A stretch of 64,000 nucleotides of DNA from Clostridiales bacterium (GTDB lineage Bacteria > Bacillota > Clostridia > Saccharofermentanales > Saccharofermentanaceae). The notes beneath the pieces were generated by a model that did not search any database, was not told where the DNA came from, and saw only the letters and a program-made list of their open reading frames with translations. How positions within the stretch are numbered: position 1 is the stretch's first letter; every line of letters begins with the position of its first letter. Where the stretch lies: positions 86,818 to 150,817 of the forward strand of contig JAFZKB010000020.1 in NCBI GenBank assembly GCA_017551865.1, read 5' to 3'. Of the stretch, positions 36,992 through 44,453 are shown piece after piece. Both the position numbers and the translations under genes were made by a program.

Positions 36992-39806
36992 TGGAATCCT
37001 TTCCACAGCAGTTCTTATACTTCTTGCCGCTTCCGCACGGACACGGATCATTGCGGCCGACCTTCTTGGAGTCACGCTTTGCCGGCTGGTTCTGTACGAT
37101 ACCTGCCTGCTGGTTTGCCTTTGCATCTGCACCGGACTGGGCACGCTTAGCAACCGCATCGAGCTGAGCACTGCCGTGACCTTCCTGGAGCTTCTTAACA
37201 GAAGACTTTCTCTCGATCTTCTGACCGGCTTCGATATTCGCCTTCATAACGAGTCTTACAGTATCGTTCTGGATCAGCATGTTCATTTCATCGAACATCT
37301 CAGAACCTTCGATACGGTACTCTACGACCGGATCCTTCTGGCCGACACTTCTCATGCCGATCGCATTACGGAGCTGATCCATCGCATCGATGTGATCCAT
37401 CCACTTCTGGTCAACGTTGAACAGGAGGATCTGGCGCTCAGCTTCACGGAAGATCTCAGGAGTGAATTCTTCATCACGCTGCTCGATCTTCTCAAGAGCC
37501 TGTTCGACAAGCTTTTCGGAGATATCTTCAGCATCCGCTGTTTCTTTATCATTAATGGTCTTAGTGATCTCATCAATTACCGGTACCTGACCGAATACAT
37601 CAGAGATATTGGCCTTTAAGCCCTTGCACTCTTCGGTATTGATCTTTCCGTCAAGAGCCACACGCTCTACAACACGCTCAGCAACAGCGGTAGACATTTT
37701 CTTGATGGTGTCATGGATATCCATACCATCGAGGACCTTACGGCGCTGTTCGTAGATAAGATTTCTCTGTACGTTCATAACATCGTCGTACTCGAGTACG
37801 TGTCGTCTTGCGCTGAAGTTCATGCCCTCGACCTTCTTCTGGGCGCTCTCAATCTGCTTGGAAAGGATACCGGACTGGATCTCAACCGTCTCATCTACGC
37901 CGAGAGTCTCAAATGCCGCATTGGCACGTTCACCACCGAAAAGACGCATTAGATCGTCATCAAGAGCCAGGAAGAACTTCGTGCGTCCCGGGTCACCCTG
38001 ACGGCCGGCACGACCACGGAGCTGGTTATCGATACGACGGGATTCGTGACGTTCTGTACCAATGATAAAAAGTCCGCCTGCTTCGATGACCTTCTGGGTC
38101 TCGCCTGCGATCTTCTCTTTGATCTCCTTCTCGAGAGTGGAGAAACGCGTTCTCGCTTCGAGGATCGTCTCATCATCTGTTTCGTTATATGCTGTGGAAG
38201 CATCGATCAGTTCTTCGGTATAACCGAGCTTTCTCATCTCCTGCTTAGCCATGAACTCGGGGTTACCACCGAGCAGAATATCGGTACCACGGCCGGCCAT
38301 GTTCGTTGCGATGGTGACCGCGCCGAGACGACCTGCCTGAGCGACGATCTCCGCCTCTCGCAGGTGGTTCTTCGCGTTCAATACATTATGCTGAATACCC
38401 GCACGGGTGAAGATCTTGGAAAGGAACTCGGACTTACTTACCTCAACCGTACCTACGAGTACCGGTTGACCCTTTTCATGCGCTTCTTTTACCTGACGGA
38501 GAACAGCTGCATACTTACCGCTCTGGTTCTTATACACAGCATCGTGCTCGTCAATACGCTGGATCTTCTTATTTGTCGGGATCTGGATAACATCGAGACT
38601 GTAGATCTGACGGAATTCGGATTCCTCTGTATAAGCTGTACCAGTCATACCGGCAAGCTTTTCATACATACGGAAATAATTCTGGAAAGTGATGGTAGCG
38701 AGCGTCTTGGATTCTCTTTCTACCTTAACGCCTTCCTTCGCTTCAATAGCCTGGTGGAGACCGTCGCTGAAACGACGACCGTACATCAGACGGCCGGTAA
38801 AGTCGTCAACGATGATAACCTCACCATTAGTAACAACGTACTTCTGGTCACGCTCCATCGTACCATTGGCCTTGAGGGCGTTATTGATGTAGTGCTGAAG
38901 ATCGAAATTCTCCGGATCGGAAAGGTTGTTGACGTTGAAGTGTTTCTCTGCCTTTTCAATACCCTTAGCGGTAAGAACAGCCGTCTTTGCCTTCTCATCG
39001 ACAACGTAATCGCAATCGCCGCTGACATCGTCGATATCGACCTTTTCATCCGTCTCAACAACGACGAATTTCTTAAGAGTCTTTACGAAGCGGTCCGCCT
39101 TAACATACATGTCGGAAGACTCGCCGCCCATACCGGAAATGATAAGAGGAGTTCTCGCTTCATCAATGAGGATACTATCGACCTCGTCGACGATGGCGTA
39201 TACGAGATCACGCTGTACCATCTTCTCTTTTCTGTCGACCATGTTATCACGCAGATAGTCGAATCCGAATTCGTTGTTGGTACCATAAGTGATATCGGAG
39301 TTATATGCCTTACGGCGTTCGTCATTGTCGAGATCATGAACGATCAGTCCGACGGAAAGACCTAAGTAACGGTAAACCTTACCCATCCACTCACTGTCTC
39401 TTCGTGCCAGGTAATCGTTAACGGTTACGACGTGAACACCGCGTCCCGAAAGAGCATTCAGATATACCGGAAGCGTAGCCACAAGGGTCTTACCTTCACC
39501 GGTCTTCATCTCGGCGATACGGCCCTGGTGGAGAATGATACCACCGATCAACTGTACCTGGAAGTGTTTCATGCCTAAAACTCGTTTGGCGGCCTCACGG
39601 ACAGTAGCAAAAGCGTCCGGAAGGATATCATCTAATGTTTCTCCATCCGCCAGACGCTTTTTCAGTACGTTGGTCATATTCTTAAGCTCATCTTCCGACA
39701 TCTTCTCATACTTGTCGGAAAGGCTCTCGATCGCTTCAACGATCGGCATGATGTGCTTGATCTCGTGATCGCTGTGCGTTCCGAAGATCTTGGTAATAAT
39801 GCTCAT
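36984..39806 (-). CDS. secA: Preprotein translocase ATPase SecA
   Basis: It has the full-length SecA pattern (MKTGEGKTLVATLP, DEVDSILIDEARTPLIISG, TNMAGRGTDI). The C-terminus carries the zinc motif [14 protein letters not shown]. Confidence 0.95.
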   Translation of the reverse strand: MSIITKIFGTHSDHEIKHIMPIVEAIESLSDKYEKMSEDELKNMTNVLKKRLADGETLDDILPDAFATVREAAKRVLGMKHFQVQLIGGIILHQGRIAEMKTGEGKTLVATLPVYLNALSGRGVHVVTVNDYLARRDSEWMGKVYRYLGLSVGLIVHDLDNDERRKAYNSDITYGTNNEFGFDYLRDNMVDRKEKMVQRDLVYAIVDEVDSILIDEARTPLIISGMGGESSDMYVKADRFVKTLKKFVVVETDEKVDIDDVSGDCDYVVDEKAKTAVLTAKGIEKAEKHFNVNNLSDPENFDLQHYINNALKANGTMERDQKYVVTNGEVIIVDDFTGRLMYGRRFSDGLHQAIEAKEGVKVERESKTLATITFQNYFRMYEKLAGMTGTAYTEESEFRQIYSLDVIQIPTNKKIQRIDEHDAVYKNQSGKYAAVLRQVKEAHEKGQPVLVGTVEVSKSEFLSKIFTRAGIQHNVLNAKNHLREAEIVAQAGRLGAVTIATNMAGRGTDILLGGNPEFMAKQEMRKLGYTEELIDASTAYNETDDETILEARTRFSTLEKEIKEKIAGETQKVIEAGGLFIIGTERHESRRIDNQLRGRAGRQGDPGRTKFFLALDDDLMRLFGGERANAAFETLGVDETVEIQSGILSKQIESAQKKVEGMNFSARRHVLEYDDVMNVQRNLIYEQRRKVLDGMDIHDTIKKMSTAVAERVVERVALDGKINTEECKGLKANISDVFGQVPVIDEITKTINDKETADAEDISEKLVEQALEKIEQRDEEFTPEIFREAERQILLFNVDQKWMDHIDAMDQLRNAIGMRSVGQKDPVVEYRIEGSEMFDEMNMLIQNDTVRLVMKANIEAGQKIERKSSVKKLQEGHGSAQLDAVAKRAQSGADAKANQQAGIVQNQPAKRDSKKVGRNDPCPCGSGKKYKNCCGKDSND

Positions 39807-40138
39807 TTCTTCTCTTTTCCTTCCATTTTTCCTTTTTCTGATACTTCTTCGCTAAGATCCATCCGATCGAGTACCGTACGGTATCCGTCGGCGCCGTAAT
39901 CGAGGCAGCGCTTCACGCGGCTGATAGTTGCCGTGCTGACGCCTGTCTTCTCGAAGATCTCGGTGTACGTATATCCTTTGGCAAGGAGGATCGCTACCTG
40001 AAAGCGGGATGCCAGCGATTTGATCTCGGAAATCGTGCACAGATCCTCAAACAGGGAGTAGCATTCTTCCCTGGTCTTAAGCGTAAGGATCGCATCAAAG
40101 AGATCGTCCATATGATTGTCTTTCAACTTATCATTCAC
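39803..40138 (-). CDS. YerC/YecD-family TrpR-like protein
   Basis: LFDAILTLKTREECYSLFEDLCTISEIKSLASRFQVAILLAKGYTYTEIFEKTGVSTATISRVKRCL. The start is uncertain: a GTG at 40138 lies 10 nt after GGAG, and there is an ATG at 40111. The ORF-track start at 40156 is a TTG. Confidence 0.75.
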   Translation of the reverse strand: MNDKLKDNHMDDLFDAILTLKTREECYSLFEDLCTISEIKSLASRFQVAILLAKGYTYTEIFEKTGVSTATISRVKRCLDYGADGYRTVLDRMDLSEEVSEKGKMEGKEKK

Positions 40139-40145
40139 TAGCGTC

Positions 40146-40385
40146 TCACTCCGCAAGACTGATCAGATAATCCACAAAGTCTCCGAAACCGCCGGTCAGA
40201 GCGAAGAAGAGAACGATCGTGATCAGAAGGATCACAACGATAGCTGTAAGGATGCGCTTAGTCATCAGCTGTCTTCTTGCCTGTCGAAGCACGTCACCGA
40301 TGGAAAGATCATTTTCAGATCCAACCGCGGACTGCCTTGTTGTAGCGACTTCTCGAACCTGCTCGATATTCTGTTTCAATCTCAT
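40146..40385 (-). CDS. Small single-pass membrane protein, hypothetical
   Basis: It is 79 aa with one TM helix (ILTAIVVILLITIVLFFALTGGF). GGAGG sits only 1 nt before the ATG, so the TTG two codons downstream may be the real start. Confidence 0.45.
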   Translation of the reverse strand: MRLKQNIEQVREVATTRQSAVGSENDLSIGDVLRQARRQLMTKRILTAIVVILLITIVLFFALTGGFGDFVDYLISLAE

Positions 40386-40426
40386 TCCTCCGAATACACA
40401 TACTAACTCAAAATATCAGCATTACT

Positions 40427-40455
40427 ACTATACCGCAAGGTATCCGATGTGACAA
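40427..40455 (-). promoter_or_regulatory. Sigma-A-type promoter for the small-TM / yerC-like / secA operon
   Basis: On the minus strand: TTGTCA, a 17-nt spacer, then TATAGT. Confidence 0.5.
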
Positions 40456-40486
40456 CAACTTTTTTATTATATAATATATATAAATG

Positions 40487-41518
40487 TCACTCGGATGGTT
40501 CTTCCTCCGTAATGTACCGGTGTGAATTCCCGTACTCTTTGATTCTGATCTCCACTCCCCTTTTCTTTGCATAATCTCTGAGCTCTTCGATATACTTTCT
40601 GCACTCCTCTGAGCCGTTTTTCGGGATGATGATGATAAGCGTTCTTTTTTTGACCTCACCACTGCTTATGGTATATCCGCCGTACTTTGCTCCGTCAAAT
40701 CCTGATAGGTCTCGGATATACGAGCGGATCTTATCTTTTAAGGCCTTTTCACTCTGATAATACGGAGATGTCGTATCGATACTTTTGATCGATATGGCTT
40801 CATTCCCGTCAAATGAGCTTATCGTCGGAAAATTGTACGGAAGATCACCTCCGAACTTCTCCCGAAGGATCTCTCCTCTTTCGAAGTTTTCTTTTTCCCA
40901 GACCGAATCTGCCTCGGGGTCTTCCTTTTTCTCTCCAGAGCCATCCGGGAACTTCTCGGCATAAATTGCCAGCGAGGAGCAGTACGATCTTGGGATCCCT
41001 ACAGGGCCGGCCGCAAGATCATAGTAAACATAAAGATAGATACTCTTCTGCTTCCCTTCGTAATCCAGATACACAGAACAGTTTTGAAGGATCTTATCGT
41101 AGACCCACCCGTCTTTTGACAGTTTCCCGTATTCGATCAGGATGCGGTCACGGACGAACCGACCAAAGATCGCGGTACTGATCACGTCTTCGAGGTCAAT
41201 GCCCGTTACACCGCTGGCTATGCCAAAATACCCCATCACTTCTTCAAGTGTATGGCTTTCCGAATCCGAAGGACCCGAAAACCCGAGGAATGAGGAGATA
41301 TCGTCCACACAAAGGATACCCTGTGAAGCCAGAGGGATCGCGACATTTAGTTCCGACACCACGTTTTCTGTTGCTCGCTGGATATATAGATCCGCATTTA
41401 CAGCAGTGATGGAAGAGATCATGGCCGCAAGGAACAAAAGAAATATGGGAGTCGCAATCGAGGCCTCAAGTATGATCGATCCGCAAGAAAGGGAAAGCCG
41501 TCTAACTCTCATTCTCAT
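40487..41518 (-). CDS. TadE-like N-terminal membrane anchor protein with a ~120-aa distinct C-terminal domain
   Basis: The start is the ATG at 41518, after AAGGAGG. The N-terminus MRMRVRRLSLSCGSIILEASIATPIFLLFLAAM fits the TadE-type GS..(V/L)E...P motif. The rest I do not recognise. Confidence 0.6.
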   Translation of the reverse strand: MRMRVRRLSLSCGSIILEASIATPIFLLFLAAMISSITAVNADLYIQRATENVVSELNVAIPLASQGILCVDDISSFLGFSGPSDSESHTLEEVMGYFGIASGVTGIDLEDVISTAIFGRFVRDRILIEYGKLSKDGWVYDKILQNCSVYLDYEGKQKSIYLYVYYDLAAGPVGIPRSYCSSLAIYAEKFPDGSGEKKEDPEADSVWEKENFERGEILREKFGGDLPYNFPTISSFDGNEAISIKSIDTTSPYYQSEKALKDKIRSYIRDLSGFDGAKYGGYTISSGEVKKRTLIIIIPKNGSEECRKYIEELRDYAKKRGVEIRIKEYGNSHRYITEEEPSE

Positions 41519-42896
41519 AGAGTGAATACCTCCTTTCGACCTGATAAGAGACATCTTTCCAAGTACCCGTCGCCCGAACACCTGTATACAGGTCTTCCCC
41601 GCAATCTTTCTCGATAATGTACTGCATTCTCGAAAGAAGCTTATCTTCCGGAACCAGGAAAAGAAATACCCGATAATAGTCCCGATAAACCGTATCAGCG
41701 AATTTGCCGAGCCTGCTCGTCACTTTATCGTTATAAAAAAGCGGGACGGTCTTTCCGGACGTAAGCTTCAGCACATCACTGAACGCACGGATATAGGCCA
41801 TTGCAAATATGACAAAGAACTGAAGTACCCTCGGTGAGATGATGACGGTAAAACAGGAGATCACCATGATCAGTATCGACATAACTTCCGCGATCGCCAG
41901 CGCGAGCTTCCTTTTGCCTGAATCCATTAAAAAAGCACTCAGATCCAAAATCAATCGAGTTCCCAGGAGGAAACCGAAAGATGCGGAACGTTTATAAAAA
42001 TCACTATCGTTTCCGACCAGAAGATACTCCAGATCCAGACGGTTCTCCCCGTGTATATCAGAAAACGGGATACCAAGGATATTGCACTCCTCTTCTTCGT
42101 CTGAATCTTCATAGGATTTCACCAGCGAGTCGAAAGAAAACGATGCGTATTCATTAATGAGAAACCGGTCGACCAGAGCGGGCATATCCCAGTCAAGATA
42201 TCGGTCGAACACGCCGGCGATTGTCGAAACACAGGTCGGATCGTAGATGGAAAGGACGATAGATGTATCTCCGGCCTGAAATGCCGCGCTGCTGTCCGCA
42301 CGCCACACATCGTCGAGCTGATCCACGAAATTCGTAAATTCCTGGACCTTATCCTCAATTCCCGTCGCCTCGCAGATCTTTTTCACGATACCCCAGAAGA
42401 ATGAGTATTTCTCGCGGTTCTGTACATACTTTTTAAACTTCGGAAGCCAGGTAGAGAGTTTGTCAGTATTGTACGTTCCTCTCGAAAGGTCTTTGAGAGA
42501 AGCTCCGAGCCGTTCGATAATGCCGTGACCTTCAAAGGCGATCCCGCGAAGTTTCATAAAATCAATGATCGAGGTCCGAATATCCTCAGGCCCGATTTTG
42601 TCCGTCAGTTCGTATTGGAAAGAAGTCTCCTCCATGCCTGACGTCATGGTCTCAAACACCGACGACCCCGCTTCGATGCTGTCGAGCGCATAGATCCCGT
42701 ACCAGTCAAGATAATCCTTGTTAAACTGGGACATGATCTGTTCCGCCTGGTGATTCACCGCTTCAGTCAGGATGACTTCCCGTTTTCTTCGATACGCCCC
42801 GGAAATAAATATGCTTTCTAAAACAATGATCGCCGAGAGGATCAGACACAGAAATACCGTGATCGACCCGCGCCGGCCGAATAGTTTCTTTTTCAT
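41502..42896 (-). CDS. TadG/DUF5702-like membrane protein (N-terminal and C-proximal TM segments)
   Basis: The start is the ATG at 42896, 5 nt after AGGAGG. MKKKLFGRRGSITVFLCLILSAIIVLE is a Tad-like N-terminus. A hydrophobic block lies near residue 330-380. The family name is from memory only. Confidence 0.55.
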   Translation of the reverse strand: MKKKLFGRRGSITVFLCLILSAIIVLESIFISGAYRRKREVILTEAVNHQAEQIMSQFNKDYLDWYGIYALDSIEAGSSVFETMTSGMEETSFQYELTDKIGPEDIRTSIIDFMKLRGIAFEGHGIIERLGASLKDLSRGTYNTDKLSTWLPKFKKYVQNREKYSFFWGIVKKICEATGIEDKVQEFTNFVDQLDDVWRADSSAAFQAGDTSIVLSIYDPTCVSTIAGVFDRYLDWDMPALVDRFLINEYASFSFDSLVKSYEDSDEEEECNILGIPFSDIHGENRLDLEYLLVGNDSDFYKRSASFGFLLGTRLILDLSAFLMDSGKRKLALAIAEVMSILIMVISCFTVIISPRVLQFFVIFAMAYIRAFSDVLKLTSGKTVPLFYNDKVTSRLGKFADTVYRDYYRVFLFLVPEDKLLSRMQYIIEKDCGEDLYTGVRATGTWKDVSYQVERRYSLYENES

Positions 42897-42905
42897 AGAC
42901 ACCTC

Positions 42906-43178
42906 CTAAGACGCAAAGATCTTAAGAGAGTCTCGGACACCTTTGCCCAGGCGGTACGCCTTTTCCGGGCAGGAGATCTGGATCTTCCAGGAAGTATTTC
43001 CCGATTCTTTGACCTTGATCTCAAAAATGGAATCCTTTGTATTCTCTTCTTCTTGACATGCGACCGAAAGCCCAGCCAGTTCCCGGGTCCTTTCATACAT
43101 CCCGGGCGTCATGGAAAGCAAGCCGCAAAGAACAGTAAACACTATAGAAAAACAAAGCGCTGTCTGAATCGTATGCAT
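42906..43178 (-). CDS. Small membrane-anchored hypothetical protein (90 aa)
   Basis: The ATG at 43178 lies 7 nt after GGAGGTG. The N-terminal TM helix is IQTALCFSIVFTVLCGLLSM. It is translationally coupled upstream of the two Tad-like genes. Confidence 0.45.
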   Translation of the reverse strand: MHTIQTALCFSIVFTVLCGLLSMTPGMYERTRELAGLSVACQEEENTKDSIFEIKVKESGNTSWKIQISCPEKAYRLGKGVRDSLKIFAS

Positions 43179-43279
43179 CGCTGTCACCTCCGCCATCAAT
43201 ATAGCAGGAAGGGCTTTGCATTAACGGGAAATAAAACGACAAAAAGCGACAAATGGACGAGCGTTGTCGAAACTAAGGA

Positions 43280-43951
43280 TCAAATCTCAACGACACGGCC
43301 ATCAACAGAAATATCGCCGAAATACAGATTATACTGTTTCTCCTGACCGATCGTCGTCGGTTCACCATGGCCGGGGAAACAAAGAAGATCATCGTCCATC
43401 TGGGAAAGAAGCTTGATCGACTCCTGCATCTTTTTGGCACTTCCGCCGGGAAGATCTATTCTTCCAACGGTCCCGCGGAAAAGCGTATCGCCTGTAAACA
43501 GCATCTTTTCACCACCAATATCCAAAAGGAAACATACCGAACCTTCGGAATGCCCGGGTGTGGGAATGACTTTAACTGTAAAAAGTCCCGGTTCGGAAAA
43601 GCCAAGTTCTTCGGATGTGATCGTATTGCTGTCCCAGGTTTTCGCTTCCACATGAAGTATGGTTGCAAATCCAAAACAGGCGGAAACATTCAGTTCAGGA
43701 TCAGTAAAGCAGGAAAGCTCCTCTTTGGAGACGTAGATCGGGCAGGAAAACTTCTTGACATAATCTTCCGCAGTTAAAATATGGTCAAAATGCCCATGCG
43801 TCAAAAGAACTGCTTTAACTGTGCCTTCAGGGATCATCGACCTGTCGAAACGGTTAGAAGCATCGATAACTAATACTTCCGGGCCAAAAACGACGAAATA
43901 CGTATTGGCCTCACATGTCCCGTCTCTTGTGAAGATTTTATAATCTGCCAT
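43280..43951 (-). CDS. MBL-fold metallo-hydrolase (glyoxalase II-like)
   Basis: It has the THGHFDH metal motif, and GHSEG and GH later in the sequence. Confidence 0.8.
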   Translation of the reverse strand: MADYKIFTRDGTCEANTYFVVFGPEVLVIDASNRFDRSMIPEGTVKAVLLTHGHFDHILTAEDYVKKFSCPIYVSKEELSCFTDPELNVSACFGFATILHVEAKTWDSNTITSEELGFSEPGLFTVKVIPTPGHSEGSVCFLLDIGGEKMLFTGDTLFRGTVGRIDLPGGSAKKMQESIKLLSQMDDDLLCFPGHGEPTTIGQEKQYNLYFGDISVDGRVVEI

Positions 43952-43959
43952 ATCGATTT

Positions 43960-44361
43960 TTAGAAGGAAGAATCCCGGATAAGTTCACGCCAGTCAAGAT
44001 CGCCGCGGTCGATCGCCAAGATCAGGATCTCTGCGCTAGCCAGGTTCGTCGCATACGGGATACTGTTATAGTCGCAAGCCTTAAGAAGCGGGTTGATCTC
44101 GTTATAGTTGGCCAGCTGTGTATCACGAAGATAGATCACACAGTCGATCTCGTTATATTCGGCACGGGAAGCAAGCTGGTCAAAACCACCGGAATAATCC
44201 GTAGAAAGACCAACCACACTTAATTCTGCCGCTGATTCAAGAAGCGTAGCCGTGTTATGCAGGGAGATCAGAGTATGTTTAGAAAGAAGCTGGCGGTACG
44301 CAATACAGAAATTCACGAGGAGCTCATTCTTACGATTATCTGCCATAATAACGATCTTCAT
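43960..44361 (-). CDS. Methylglyoxal synthase-like domain protein with substituted catalytic positions
   Basis: It aligns along its full length with MgsA (MKIVIMADNRKNELLVNFCIAYRQLL...IPYATNLASAEIL). However, the HDKKK, TGTTG and PHEPD positions read ADNRKN, LHNTAT and NYNEIN. The start is the ATG at 44361, after GGAGGAAG. Confidence 0.7.
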   Translation of the reverse strand: MKIVIMADNRKNELLVNFCIAYRQLLSKHTLISLHNTATLLESAAELSVVGLSTDYSGGFDQLASRAEYNEIDCVIYLRDTQLANYNEINPLLKACDYNSIPYATNLASAEILILAIDRGDLDWRELIRDSSF

Positions 44362-44453
44362 TCTTGCTTCCTCCAAAAACGTATATATATATTCTACTAA
44401 CAAGAGCAGAAATCTGCAACTGAAATTTACTATTTTGCATAAAAACGATTTGA

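Noticed and set aside
37006-37070. About 65-nt near-repeat shared with 50339..50403 (roughly 57 of 65 identical by eye)
   Set aside because: Both copies encode the same SEC-C zinc motif ([18 protein letters not shown]), one at the C-terminus of SecA and one in the SEC-C protein, in frame. This is motif and codon conservation, not a mobile or regulatory repeat.
36992-37171. N-terminal 60-aa extension of the PNP ORF (track start 37171), overlapping the end of secA
   Set aside because: The extension is an out-of-frame shadow of the secA C-terminus (Arg/Ser/Gln-rich). The internal ATG at 36991 gives the normal PNP N-terminus and a standard 8-nt overlap with the secA stop.
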